A DNA stretch of 64,000 nucleotides from Carcharhinus longimanus (GCA_030264375.1 JASCQW010000001.1:59352302-59416301); one strand, 5' to 3'. Shown: positions 10,688-23,787, numbered from the stretch's first letter. Numbers and translations are program-made. The notes: generated by a model from the sequence alone, not told the origin.

Positions 10688-12237
10688 GTAAGATACATTA
10701 TTTTTGCATATTTATAAAACCTGTTACTACAAATAGGAACCATGTAGTTAACAAGTGTAACTCACAGGAATAAAAACAGATTCTAGGAGGCAGAATTAGC
10801 AATTGAAAAAGGTGCGAGAGTTTTGTATTCAGAGGAGATGGTGAAAGCAAGAAAATCAATTGATAAAAGTCAACTAGGAATACACACTAATGCATATCTA
10901 GACTTTAATCTCACATACTTTTCTTGTGCTCAGCAGCAGAATACTTTAATAGGAAGCATGAGTTTGCTTATATGACCAGGGTCTGACTTTACTCATTCAG
11001 TTCATGCATAACAAGCCCAAATAGAAAGACTTCTTCACTCTTTTCAGCTTTGCCTACATATCCCATGATCTCCTTGACTTCAGAGGGTGGTAGAACAAGT
11101 ACATGGTTTAGGTTATGGAGTACAGTACCAGATTTATTGACAATACGTAAGCACATATGCAACCCACTTCATACAGTGCCCAGTGCTGCCTGTAATTTGA
11201 AATTACAAAAGTTCCATTGGGATAGGAAAGCAATGGACAAATCCCCCCAGTCCATTGTACCTGGTAGGCAGAAGGAGATTGATTTCTCACCTGTGTTCCT
11301 ACACAAATCTATATCAGTCTGGCATGGTTAGTTCTTTATTTGAACTTGGTCTTAATGCATTTACATCTTAACGAGAAAGGAGCAGAGGTGATGGGTGTAA
11401 TATCTCTGGGCTTTTTGTTACAGTTCATGAATGATGACCATTTGAGAAGTGGGACACCTGTTACCTTCTTCTAAATGACTAATTAAAAATGGAATCATGG
11501 TTACCATAATAGCACAATAACAGCGTGCAACATGAAAGAAATTGAGTATAGAGAAAGAAAGCCTTGCATTTCTATAGCACAGCATATAGCATTAAGCTGT
11601 TTGAGAGTATTTTACAGCTAATGACGTACCTTTTTGATGTGTAGTCAGTGTTATAATTTTGGAAACGCAGCAAGTTCCTATAAAGACAGTGATGAGATAA
11701 TCTGTTTTTGTGATGTAGAGGAATATTGACCAGGACATTATGAACATACAAATTAGGAGCAGGTGTAGAAGGTCCTTCAAGCCTGCTCCGCCATTCAATT
11801 AAATCAGGGCTGATCGAATTGCGTCTTCGACCCCACATTCCTGCCTCATAACTTTTCACTTTACCTATCCCAAAAAACTTCTCACCTTTTACCTACTCTC
11901 AATAACCTTTCACTAGGGAGTGTTAATCAAGAATCTGTCTATCTCTGCCTTAGAAATAATGCCATGCCATATGCCATACGATCAATGAAGTGCCATGAAA
12001 AGCTTTGCTAACAATTGAGGATTAAGCCAGAATTTGAAAGCTGGCAGCAATTAGGAACTTCAAGTACTGCAATAAGCATTGAGAAAATTAAAGAGAAAAG
12101 GTCTGTAGATTTCAATAGTGCGTTTAAATGAAAACCAATCCTGCATATTGAGTTTCTCTAGCATTTTCTGTTTTTGTTTCAGATTCCAGCATCTGCAGTA
12201 TTTTGCCTTTATAATCTTGTATATTGTTTTGTTTCAG

Positions 12238-12343
12238 AGAAAGCAGCTAATGTATGTTATCAGGAGTTTGACGTTCCTGCAACATTTCCTGTAGAGCTCC
12301 GTCAGTATATTCCGAATGTTAACTATGGTCACGATATAGAAAG
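12238..12343 (+). CDS. SETD9: SETD9 coding exon 5 (EKAANVCYQEFDVPATFPVELRQYIPNVNYGHDIER)
   Basis: TTTCAG| acceptor, AG|GTTGGT donor; 106 nt; matches SETD9 AANVCYQEFDVP. Confidence 0.95.
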
Positions 12344-12519
12344 GTTGGTTCCAAATGCCATCAAAAAGCAGCATCAAAACATATTGAATGGAAAGCTTTA
12401 CAGATATACATTGATCCAAAACCACCTTCAGTTGAGAGATTTAGACAATGACTGCATATTTGACGTGATTTATTATTTTCACATGTATTAACATAGTGAA
12501 ATGTATTNNNNNNNNNNNN

Positions 12520-12790
12520 TTTCTTGCATGTTTACAGACAAAGCATACTGTCCATAGAGAAGGAAAGGAGAGAGTGCAGAATGTAGTGTTACAGTCTAGG
12601 GTGTAGCGAAAGGTCAACTTAATGCAAGGTAGGTCTATTCAAAAGGCAGCAGGGAAGAAGCTTTTCTTGAGTCAGTTGGTAGGTCACCTCAAACTTTTGT
12701 ATCTTTTTCCGTCAGAAGAAAGTGGAAGAGAAAATGTCTGGGGCGCATGGGGTCCTTAATTATAAAGCTGGCTGCTTTTCCGAGGATTGT
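12520..12790 (-). mobile_element. Rex1/Babar-like LINE 3' fragment adjoining a small gap
   Basis: GGGAAGAAGCTTTTCTTGAGTCAGTTGGT...CAAACTTTTGTATCTTTTTCC pattern typical of reverse-oriented Rex1 C-termini. Confidence 0.4.
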
Positions 12791-13656
12791 GTCAGCTCCT
12801 CTAACAATTAAATCCTCAAGTTTCAAATCGGTTTGATAGCCTAAGCCGCTGAACATTCCTGTTCTAATTTTTCCTTCCTGCTTTCCCCCCTTCTCAGATG
12901 GTCACCCATTTTCCACCTCCTACCTCTCTGCATTTCCCACTGACATGACTAACCTCTCAAACGCTCACTCCATTAACTTCACTGCCACGCTGAAAGAAGA
13001 AATTGTCTCCATCTCCAAATCTGAGTTTTTGAGCTTGCAGCAGTGTGTGTGGTGACACTTCCACAGATCAAGTTAATACCTGGTGCTTGCAAATCCCATA
13101 TTTTTGTAGGATTGAAACATCTCTGTTCTTTCATATTCTTTATAGTATATCAGCGTGTTTACTTCTCACTCTTCACCCAATTATCATCTTCACTTTAATT
13201 CTTGTCCTGCAAGGCCATACCCTCATCTTGTTCGTCTGCTCAAGCTGTAGCTTGAATATAACATTGTCACTGTCTGGTTTTAACTGGCCAGTGGTACAGT
13301 ATCTAATTACCAGAGGGACAATTACAGTTGCAGATCTGAAACCTAACTTTCCATTTCAGTCCAATAAAAAACACAAGTTCTGTAATAACTATATTCAGCT
13401 CATCTCCGATTCACCACTGAAAATCCAATTGTAAAAAGCCTCGTTCATGTGTCATTTTACTCAACTAGTAGCTCACTCTCAACTGGGGTCTCAAAATGTT
13501 GATAGTTCACAGAAAGCCAGAGGAAATTTTTGAATTAAACAAACAAATTACAAATTCCCTTCCTTTCAGTTCCTTCACAAATTATGAACTAATATTTTTA
13601 TACAGTTTCAATACACCTGTTGCAATCCCTATAATATGGGGAATGCACGAGCAATT

Positions 13657-13708
13657 ATTCTTGTCCAGTTTGCAGACAGCCAAACCTGTCTGCAAACTGG
13701 ACAAGAAT
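13657..13708. repeat. Perfect 23-bp inverted repeat with 6-nt loop
   Basis: ATTCTTGTCCAGTTTGCAGACAG (13657-13679), loop CCAAAC, then CTGTCTGCAAACTGGACAAGAAT (13686-13708). Confidence 0.97.
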
Positions 13709-13899
13709 TGAAAATAAACACATCAGAATATTATAAATTGCAACATCGATAAAAGGAAGAAAACACACAGCAGAAAGGGTGTTTTAACCAGAAAGGAGTA
13801 CAGCTAGAATTAGTATGTTTGGAACTCTGAGATAAGCTATTAGACTAGTTACCCTCTCATCAGTAATGGGAGTACTGCTAGAACAGCAAATGATATTGG

Positions 13900-14995
13900 T
13901 GAGAACTTAGAAATGTTACAGACACAGGTATGTAAAAGGCGGATCATGCTTGACTCAATCAAATTCTTCGAGGAAATTCCCAACTGGATGAACAAAGGGA
14001 ATGAATTGGGTGTGACATATTTAGACTTTCAAATAAGCTTTGAAGATATTTTTCGCAAACATTAAAGCTAAAGAAGTGGCATGATAGAAGAAACTGGGGC
14101 AGATGAATATCAAGTTGGAGCTACTGATATAGCCCAGGATTATATATTGAGACTTCTATTATTTCCTATATACACAAGTGATTAAGACCCAGGAACAGAG
14201 AGAATCATATCAAAATTTGCTCATGGTACCAAATAAGGGGACTTTGAAAGTTGTGAGGAAAACTACGAGAGAACCTAGACAGGCCAGCAAAGTGAACAAA
14301 TAAATGGCAAGCCAGTTCAATCAAAGATAAAGGTCAAGTAGTATATTTGTGTAAAAGAACACAATTGAAATATATCCTAAGTAGTACAATTCTTGGTAGA
14401 ATAGGAAAACAAAGAAATCTGAAGGTACAGAAATTACAGAACTTTTAAATGCTGATGTGTAGGGAAAAGAAGCCACAGAAAGACTAATGGGACAATGAGC
14501 TTCAATAATATAAAAATGTGGAGTTGATATAAAGAATATTGGAACCATGGGATTAACATGGATTTAATAGAAATATGCTAGATTGAAAGGGTATAATCTT
14601 GAGGGAAGACTTGAAAACATAGGACTCTATTCACTGTAGTAGTAAGACCTAATTGAAGTGATTGGAATTGTGAAGGATTTCAGAAAGTAAATAGTGAAGG
14701 ATTGCTTCCACTGATTGGTGAATCAGTTTCATGGGTATAAATTTTGGATGAGTGCTAGAGCATAAAGAAGGAGGTTGGAATAAGTCTATTTTCCTGTAAA
14801 ATATTTACGATAGGGAATACGTCATTATTTAAGTCAACTCCATCATTGTTGAAGGATGAGATCAACAAGTGGTTGAAGACAAATATTAAGAGGAGAAAAA
14901 AAAACACAGAAAAACCAGATAAAATAGATTGTGGTAGAGCTAGCACAGCCAGAATGGATTGAATTAATTTTCTGCTACACATACATTTCTATAAT
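13900..14995 (+). mobile_element. Heavily degraded CR1 LINE (RT to 3' end)
   Basis: Relics of YLDFxKAF (TATTTAGACTTTCAAATAAGCTTTG) and KFADDTK (AAATTTGCTCATGGTACCAAA) with many stops. Confidence 0.65.
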
Positions 14996-15069
14996 GATTT
15001 GTGGTGCTCACAATTTAAATGTTACATTGGTTTCTGGTCCTCAAGGTCTCCATTTGTTTTGTGTTGCAG

Positions 15070-15157
15070 ACCTTTGCGATGTGTAGTGCTTGTGGCACTT
15101 CGAGATATAGAGCAGGGAGAAGAGCTCTTCTCTAATTACTACACGATAGTACACTGA
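15070..15157 (+). CDS. SETD9: SETD9 coding exon 6, terminal (PLRCVVLVALRDIEQGEELFSNYYTIVH*)
   Basis: TTGCAG| acceptor; SET motif IV region GEELFSNY; TGA at 15155-15157. Spliced CDS is 876 nt = 291 aa + stop. Confidence 0.96.
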
Positions 15158-15970
15158 AAAACCAGGACATGAGGGACATCAGAAGCTTTATCCCAAACAG
15201 TGTGGAGTTTTATATTTTACCTGTTGATATGAAATTCTCCAATTATTTCTTTAAAACAGTTTGTTAATAAGTAAGCTGCATTTTCATTTGAGTGAGAAAA
15301 AGAGGAATTAGCCTCTTTTTAAACACATGTAAGTTTTGTATTTAAAACAAACTATTGCCACAACTGTTATATATTTAAGTGGTTGCATGATTTTCTAATG
15401 TCATAAGGGTGTTTCACTGGCTCTAGCTTAGTTTTATTTTCTACTCCCCAGGAGGAGGATGTGGGAGCCTAGCTTGGTGTTAAATTTGCCATTTAAGCTA
15501 ATTAACAAGCTCATTAGTAACTAGCTCTGGAGGATCTCACTACTCACATTAGTAACACATTGCAGGACTTGCTGAGAACACAGTTGGGAATGTCATTTCA
15601 GAAGATTTCTGCAACTGCAAGCTGTTAGGGAGTGCTAAGGATATTACTAGTTGCGAGAGTGGTAACTAACAATGCTGCAATAGATGCCTTGAACATTACA
15701 CTTTCATGGGATTTCCTAGCTTTATTTGGGATAATTTTTTGTGTTAATGCGAGCCATTAGCATTTCAGCTCATTGGGTTGAGCACCAACAGTTTCAAGGA
15801 GTGGTCATAGATATAATCGTCTGTCTGGAAATGGCAAGGAACCTGCTTCCTTAAACATCCTCTAAATCCTGCATGAGCTTCAGACTTCTGTCTGCTGCTA
15901 AAAACTGGACCTCTGGGACAGCAACTTCATCAGTAGTCTTAAAGCTACAGGTGAACAGTCCCTTGTGGGA

Positions 15971-15976
15971 AATAAA
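15971..15976 (+). terminator. Candidate SETD9 polyadenylation signal AATAAA
   Basis: First canonical AATAAA I noticed after the stop codon, followed by GT/T-rich sequence; further AATAAA hexamers at about 16677-16691. Confidence 0.4.
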
Positions 15977-17029
15977 AGCACTTTGTAATAGCTGATGTTA
16001 ATGTTACTACTAATACATTGTGTGTCAGGGACTAAAGTTCCTGTGACTCTTGGGCCTCCTACTTCCAGTTTACTACTTTTATAATTATTCTTCAGTACAC
16101 TTAATATATAGCATTCATCTAAATTTGAATTTAGATCACATTATGCAGCATTCTCTGCAGAGCAGATTTCTTGAAGCCTGTACACGGGATCTCAAGTCAT
16201 TAGTAATGTTCTGGCAAACTCTGAAAATGGAGAGAAGTTCTGTCCATTCCTACTTCTGGAGGTAGCCCCAGGCATTGTGGAGGTAAGTCCTGACTTATGC
16301 ATGCTGTTCCAGAGGGGTTCTGGACTGGCATATTTTCCTGCTAGAGTTACAGAGAATCAAGTCTGGAGGAAAGATTCTCATCAGGCCTTCATTTGCATCC
16401 CACCAGCAAATTTCCTGATCTGCCATAGCAGAAGATCCAGCAGGAAATTCAGGTTGGCGTAAAATTGATGTTGGACACTGGCCTTATTCTCCACCTCCCA
16501 ACTCACCATTAAACCCCTGCGGTAGTGATCTGGAGAATCCCACCTTACAGTTCTAATTAACAATAGATAAAGCTATGGGGCTGTAGGCCACAATATATTA
16601 GGGAGATATCTAGGAGTCACATTAAAAATAGCTCGTTCACTCAATTTCATGAAATATACAACCAATTGCATTTACAAATAAATACAATAAATGCTGGGTG
16701 GGGTAGGGGGTGGCACTGTTTACGACACAGCTAACTTGTGGTTCATAACCAACAGAACATAGTGTTTGATCCCCAGTCTAGCTGAGACACATTTGGGGCT
16801 TGCCTCCATGCCTTGCCTCATAATAAAATCATTGCTTATTCCTTGGTTCAACGGCCCTTGAATAATTGAGGATGGTACCCAGGAAAAGAAGAATAAATGT
16901 TCCAATGTTCTTAACAGAGGTCAGACAGATAGTTTATAGCAGTGAAAACATTGGGAAGGATCACAATAACCACTAATGGATTTTCTTTTAAACATTTTTC
17001 CAGTCCAATAAAATCTAAATCAAGAAGCT

Positions 17030-17210
17030 TGAAATAAAACCAGAGCTGAAAAAAAGACAGCAGGTATGGCAGCATCTGTGGCAAGCGAATCAGCCAAATA
17101 TTTGATCATTAACTCTAAACGTTCACTATTCCTCACACTCTCCACAGAGCCTGCCAGTACTTGAATTTCTTTCAGGTTTCTAGCATCTACAGCACGTTGC
17201 TTTTATTTCA
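17030..17210. mobile_element. Short palindromic (Penelope-like) repeat
   Basis: CAGCAGGTATGGCAGCATCTGTGG arm and reverse arm CTCTCCACAGAGCCTGCCAG. Family members at about 10105-10185, 12145-12210, 17757-17900 and 37043-37190. Confidence 0.5.
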
Positions 17211-18003
17211 ATGAAGAAACTTCTCAGCCTACTCTTGCTGAAGCCATGGAGGATTCCTACTTCCAGTTGAGTGGAAGCACCCTCTTCAACTTGTAATAAG
17301 GAGCCAACCTGTGCATTCTGCTTTCAATAAGAACCAAATAGAATTTGGTATTTTTATCCTTTCTCTTCAAGTGTTTGCAGACAGCGACAGCAGTCTTGAT
17401 CAAGTAATACAAATCTGGTAAGTCTGGAGCAAGTCCCTTAAACTATAGGATCCTGAGAATCTTGTTCCCAGTAACAGCGCACCTGGATACCACTAAGAAT
17501 CCCTAAGGATCACACCAATCTGTGATGAAGGTTAGGCCCTTCTTTGCCAGTTTGTAAATCTGTTTGTTCCACATTATTAGATGTTAATTTGAGCCATGTG
17601 GGGACACTGTGTAGGGTAAAGCTGATGGGGACAAGCCCTTGTCAAGAACATGCAACAAGCTTGATGTTTTGAGAAGACCCTTAACTAAGAAAAATTGCAA
17701 GATAGAGGACTAAGCTTTGCAGAGAGTAAGGCTGAGACAAATTAGGCATTAGTCAACACAAAAACTGGAAATGCTAGATCTCAGCAGATCTGACAGCATC
17801 TGTGGAGAGAGAATAGAGCTGATGTTTGAGAGGCTGGATGACTCTTGGTCAAAGCTGGATTTTTCTTCCCAGCATCCCCACCAATTTGCTTTTATCTTAG
17901 TGTAGGCACTAGTCAACTTTTATTCTTGGTGTGTAAATTTTGTCTTTATAAAGGGATACACTTGTGAATTTATGGACAGGTTAGATGTGGAAGTGCAAAC
18001 CAG

Positions 18004-18469
18004 ATAAGAACATAAGAAATAGGAGCAGGAGTAGGCCATCTAGCCCTTCGAGCCTGCCCCGCCATTCAATAAGATCANNNNNNNNNNNNNNNNNNNNNNN
18101 NNNNNNNNNNNNNNNNNNNNNNNNNNNNNNNNNNNNNNNNNNNNNNNNNNNNNNNNNNNNNNNNNNNNNNNNNNNNNCCATCCCATTCATCATCTTATAC
18201 GTCTCAATGAGATCTCCCTTCATTCTTCTAAACTCTAACGAGTACAAGCCTAGTCTATTCAGCCTCTCCTCATAGCTCAAGCCCCTCAACTCCGGTATCA
18301 GCCTAGTGAACCTCCTCTGCACGCCCTCCAAGGCCAAAATATCCTTGCATAAGTACGGCAACCAAAACTGCACACAGTACTCCAGCTGTGGCCTCACCAG
18401 TACCCTATACAGCCGCAGCAAGACCTCCCTACTTTTATATTCAATCCTCCTCGCTATGAAGGCCAGCAT
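18004..18469 (-). mobile_element. Young CR1 (HER1-like) LINE 3' end, with 100-N gap
   Basis: Uninterrupted ORF2 C-terminus LVRPQLEYCVQFW...LEFRRMKGDLIETYK and a TTCTTATG-type tail. Confidence 0.93.
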
Positions 18470-18579
18470 CTATGCAGGGAAGTGTTTGCTAAAGGTTAAT
18501 TGTACAAAACATGCCAGAAATTGCTCCTTCAATGGACCATGGTGGAAACTAGAAAATGACGTCCTTCTCATAGATTGGA

Positions 18580-18762
18580 TGATACTTCCTTCAGCAACAA
18601 CCAGTAAAGCTCTTCTGCACGCTCTCCAGTTGAACATTTTTCCCATAGCAAGGCAACCAAAACTGAACACAATATTCCAGGTGTGACCTCAACAACTGCA
18701 ACATAACTTCCCAACTTCTATACGCAATGCCCTGATTGATGAAGGCCAGCATGCCAAAAGCC
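18580..18762 (-). mobile_element. CR1 LINE fragment
   Basis: AFGMLAFINQGIAYRSWEVMLQL...HLEYCVQFW. Confidence 0.85.
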
Positions 18763-19789
18763 GTCAAGTTATTAATAATGACTGAAAAAGAATGATATCT
18801 CACTGAACTTTGGCCAATCTCCACCTCACTCGCGTTTTTGGCACAATACAGCGAAAAGGACGAATCTAAGTATGTTGGATGGCAAATTAATGCAATTCAT
18901 CCTCTGAAGTTTAAAATAACGTTGAGTGAAATAAATGGCCACAATGATAAATGCCTTCCTTAGCAATGGATCTGTAACTTCGAGTTTAAGTGTACCTTAT
19001 GATAATTCCACATGTCAGATGGCCGTGCGATAGCTCTCTTCATCTTACACTACCAATGTTCAACAGTGAGCAGTAGGGGTGCTATGTCGCTACTGCTGGC
19101 GAAAAGGAAGTCCGTAGAACATTTATATTTTTCACTATTTGGGCAATATCTCTAGCACAATTTTCAGACTCGGGAATGTGCGGTTTTTGCTTCAGATACA
19201 TATTTTTAAACACACGCAAACCTATTCTAGGTCCTTCCCAGATGGTGACTACTGAATGCAAAACTTAGACAAGAAAACAAATCTCAGTCTATTGTCACGA
19301 TCCGGTTAGAGATCATTAACATTTAAAAGGAAATCCAAACATTGTTTTAACTAATAGGATTTCACTTTAAAAAAACTTTATTGTATGCAAAATAACCGAA
19401 CAAGCCGTATTAACCTAGCAATGTGGTTTATAACTACACACGTGTTACATTCAGCATTAATTCTTACCTTCCCCTAGAATCTCATAAGATGCAGTTTTTA
19501 AATTATTTACCTTTTTGGGGAATAACCATAGTGCTCTAGAGAATTCTCAGCTCCCATTATTCTCCGAGGTAACACTTTAATTTACCATCCCTTGTCTGTG
19601 GTTGCCTTAGAAAAGTAACCTAAACAAGGAATTAACACTCCCAAGCTTATCTGTTTATTGCTTTCCTTACCACAACACTCTCAAGGGCCTATGTAGATCT
19701 GTCCACCTATTCCCTGTTGCACCTATGCCATTTTCTAGTTCAAGTTTAATTCCTAAAGTCACATGTTATATCCTAAAACATATGAACCA

Positions 19790-20040
19790 TGAACAAAGAA
19801 CAAAGAACAACACAGCACGGGAAACAGGCCCTTCGGCCCAACGAGCCCGCGCCGCCGTCCCATTGNNNNNNNNNNNNNNNNNNNNNNNNNNNNNNNNNNN
19901 NNNNNNNNNNNNNNNNNNNNNNNNNNNNNNNNNNNNNNNNNNNNNNNNNNNNNNNNNNNNNNNNNCTTCCTATGAAGGCTAACATACCATACGCTTTCCT
20001 CATCACATTCTGCACCTGCACCGACACCTTCAGGGACTTG
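19790..20040 (-). mobile_element. CR1 LINE 3' end with gap (second subfamily, TTTGTTC tail)
   Basis: KAYGMLAFI peptide; tail GGGCCGAAGGGCCTGTTTCCCGTGCTGTG followed by (TTGTTCT)n. Confidence 0.85.
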
Positions 20041-20667
20041 TGAACTAGACTTGCAACACGGATAGCACAGCACTGAATGACTGGATGTGCACAAATGTCA
20101 TGCTAGACTGAACTGCTATCCTTTAGTAAGTTCAAGTGCTTTGATTATTTCCTTATGACCCTAATACAAAAATATTAAAACAAGTACCAACAGCAGTGTA
20201 TAGTATTTTAGTTATGTGTGTGTGAATATCCAAGAACAAAGGTTTGACTTCTGTTTGTTAATTATTTTGCAATATTTACAGCATGTTTCTACTGGACATT
20301 CTCATTTTTAAAAGTATTTTTTGAATATATTAGGAGATCAGCTATTATTATTCATTATAGTTTTCTTTCCTCCAAAGCATTTATAACTTTTAAAAAAAAA
20401 ATGATCGATAGAAAATGAAAGATTTGTCAGGGAGTTCATCATTTCCCAAACTATTTTTGCATATGTTGGTACACTTACCTGTCACTAACCAATAACAACT
20501 GCATCAATTTGCTCCATTAAGAGGACAAAGTTTTGTCATCTGTTGTTAGGGTACCTACTGCCAAAGAGACTGCAATGCCAAGTGTGAAATATGTCCCTGC
20601 TAGCACTGCAATTTCAGCTTACATCTAAAGAAAAAGGAGAGAACGTTCATCTCCTTTCTCCATGTAA

Positions 20668-20915
20668 GGTACAGTGGCTAGCACTGCTGCCTCACAATGC
20701 CAAGGACCCGGGTTTGAATCCCAGCTTGGGTCACTGTCTGTGGAGTTAGCACATTCTCCTTGTGTCTGCGTGGGTTTCCTCCCATAGTCAAAGACGTGCT
20801 GGTTAGGTGCATTGATCTGAACAAGCTCTGAAGTGTGGCAACTAGGGGAATTTCACAGTAACTTCATTGCAGTGTTAACGTATGCCTTACTTGTGACTGA
20901 TAAATAAACTTTACT
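20668..20915 (+). mobile_element. V-SINE with alternative (non-CR1) tail
   Basis: tRNA head and V-core, then GTGTGGCAACTAGGGGAATTTCACAGTAACTTCATTGCAGTGTTAA...AATAAATAAACTTT. Confidence 0.85.
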
Positions 20916-22089
20916 TAGGTATTTGTCAGTTGCCCAATGCTGCTGCTTATTTCAACAAAATGAAGGTCACTGATAATTGCTATGCTGCCCAAACCTGAAG
21001 TTCATTGTGGTATCAAGTGACAATGCTTTTGTTTCAGGACTTTGATATTTTGAGTGCTTTATGTTAACAGTTAGTGGAACTAGCTGAAATGCAATACTAC
21101 AGGGTATGAAATCTTGAGCCATCTACTTCATACATGTTGGGTAATTCTAGATCACCAGAAGTGTACTGCCTGTCTTATCTGTTCCCTTGTGCTGTTGGAA
21201 CTGTAGACACTCCTGCCAGATATGATGCCCTAAAAGTCTCTTGAGAAAGTACAGTTCACCCCAATAATCTTCCACACACTAATTTCAAGTAGCAGCATAT
21301 CCACTTTTCCAGCCATCAAATAAGGGATTTGAGTAATGCCATTACATCACTTGCCCATAACTTTTTTTAGCATTACTAATAGCCTTGCACGTGACATTTT
21401 GAAATGCTTCCCAGGTACAACACATATTTAAAGACCTTTCTCAGTAGCTAAGGTGGTCAGTTGGATAGCATATACACATTTTCAGCAAATATTTCATTTG
21501 GAATAAATCTTAAAAACTTTTATTCGAGATAGGACAATTTAATTCCATAAGTCACTGTTGCAGTGAACTCGAATACACTGACGAGGAGGAGCAGGGGGAT
21601 ATAGCATGTGGAAGTCCTTGCTGTTGCAAAACAGCAGGCCTATGGGATAAATTGGATAGCACAGACAGGATGAGCTGAATGCTGTCTTGGATCACTGAGT
21701 CTAAACATTGTCATGCTATATGGTCTACACTTTCAAAATGCTTTGCCCAATGTTAAGACCAGCTCATGAAATTTAACTTAAACACACTTCCCTACTCTAA
21801 GCTTCACAGAGCAAATGGTTTTGCAAAATAACATAAAAAAGAAATCTGTAAAAGGCTATCACTACTATTTAAAGGATGCAACACTAACTAGTTGTATAAA
21901 CACTCTAAGATACTTTAAACTAGTTTAAAGTTACTTCAAGAATAAGACAAGAATTAACAATGTCAAACGAATGAAAGGCATATTTGGACTTTTTAAAATC
22001 AAGATCTTGCATTGGAATCCATTCTACCTGTTGACCAAAAAGATTGTCAGAGGTAAAAACCTTGAAATTATTTAAGAGTCAATTAGACT

Positions 22090-22450
22090 CTAATAAAATA
22101 ATGAGGGGGCACAGGTCAGCTAGTCAATATCTTTTCCCAAAGGTAGGGGAGTCTAAAACTAGAGGGCATAGGTTTACAGTGAGAGGGCAGAGATACAAAA
22201 GCGTCCAAAAGGGCAATTTTTTGACACAAAGGTAGGTGAGTATCTGGATCAAGCTGCCAGAAGTAGTGGTAGGGGCAAGTACAATTTTCTTTTAAAAAGC
22301 ATTTAGACAGTTACACGGGTAAGATGAGTATAGTGGGATATGAGCCAAATGCGGACAATTGGGATTAGCTTAGGGGTTTAAAAAAAGGGCAGTATGGACA
22401 AGTTGGGCCGAAAGGCCTGTTTCCATTCTGTAAACCTCTATGACTCTAAA
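22090..22450 (+). mobile_element. CR1 LINE 3' end
   Basis: LFPKVGESKTRGH peptide; tail TTGGGCCGAAAGGCCTGTTTCCATTCTGTAAACCTCTATGACTCTA. Confidence 0.85.
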
Positions 22451-23028
22451 CATCATGGTACTGAGGAACCCTAGGACAATTCTGAATTTTAGAATTCTGA
22501 ATGTATAAATTATGAGTCAAATAATTTTCATTCTCCATGATTGTCTTGATATTCAAAGCTGTCCAAACTAGCTAAAGATTGACATCATTGAACAATCTAA
22601 GTGTCTTGGCAGAGGTCATAATAAAGTCCTTTCTTATTGTTTAATAAAGCTGTTTTTAGATCATGACCCCCAGATGAATCAATCTCAAAATTTCCCACTT
22701 TCACATGCCTTGAATTGGAATTCTCTAGTCAGCCAGGAGTGGAACTATGTTACTAAACACGTAAGTGAAAGTTCTTTAAACTACGATCTACAATCCATTT
22801 TTGGTCCTCGTCTACAAAAACATCAATATCTCACCTATCCTGTAACACACTTTACATCTCCCATTTCTGGTTATATGCCACTATTTGCCATTTTAAGTTT
22901 GGTGTCAAGGTTTTCAAGAGTTTGGTCTCAGCCTAAGTTGGTACAAGTTGAAGCTTAAGAAAACACTGGGACCAACATCAAATCATCAAAACTGCTTTCA
23001 GTTCAAGTCAAGATTAAAATTGATCAGT

Positions 23029-23134
23029 AAACAAAATATTTAAAACAAAAATGGTCGTATTAAAAGCAAGCTTTCTTGATGAAAAACAAAATATTTAAAA
23101 CAAAAATGGTCATATTGAAAGCAAGCTTCCTTGA
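23029..23134. repeat. Tandem duplication, 55-bp period
   Basis: AAACAAAATATTTAAAACAAAAATGGTC[G/A]TATT[A/G]AAAGCAAGCTT[T/C]CTTGA occurs twice (23029-23079 and 23084-23134). Confidence 0.93.
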
Positions 23135-23787
23135 CAGTGAATCTATAGCACAGCTTGCCTGATTAATTTCAGGTTGAATAAACTATATGGAAGTTGGTTG
23201 AAATAGTTCTAAATTCAGCATAGAATATTTATGAAAGGCATACAAGAATGTGAGTCGTTTTTGAACTGTTAATGGTTATAGAGCAAAGTTAAGCAGGACA
23301 TTCATTCTAACTATAATGAGTTACAGCACAGAGCTTCTTGGATGGTCAAACAGATTATGCATATACATCAGGAGTCAAATTTAGAAAAAAATACCTTGAA
23401 CCAGTCCCTCTAATTGGAATATGAGATGCATCTTCCAAAGAAAATATCCAAGGTCCTCGATAGATTGTAGATTCACTATGGCTCTATCACTACTGTATGT
23501 TATTTTTTATTTTGTCAGGGCCCTCCAGAGCTCAAAAAATATGACTTTACAGTATTCGCCTGTAAACTGAATGGCTTGTCATGAGGACATACCTTCAAAC
23601 TAACTGCCCTAAAGCATCCGGTGGTTCTATGAGCCTTCAAAAGGTTCTTAACTTGATAAGCAAAGTGCGTTTTAACATTAATGTTCATTGCCAGCAGTTC
23701 GGTTTAATATGACCAAGGATATGATCCAAGCACAATAATGGATCACAATGAAGAAACCCACAATCCAGGAGATTAATTTAAGTACCA

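Noticed and set aside
19065-19086. CTCF-like motif GCAGTAGGGGTGCTA
   Set aside because: One base short in the core and lacks the GGC consensus; not supportable without a PWM scan.
19293-19763. Possible solo LTR (TGT...ACA termini, internal reverse AATAAA)
   Set aside because: No matching target-site duplication on the flanks and no second copy in the window.
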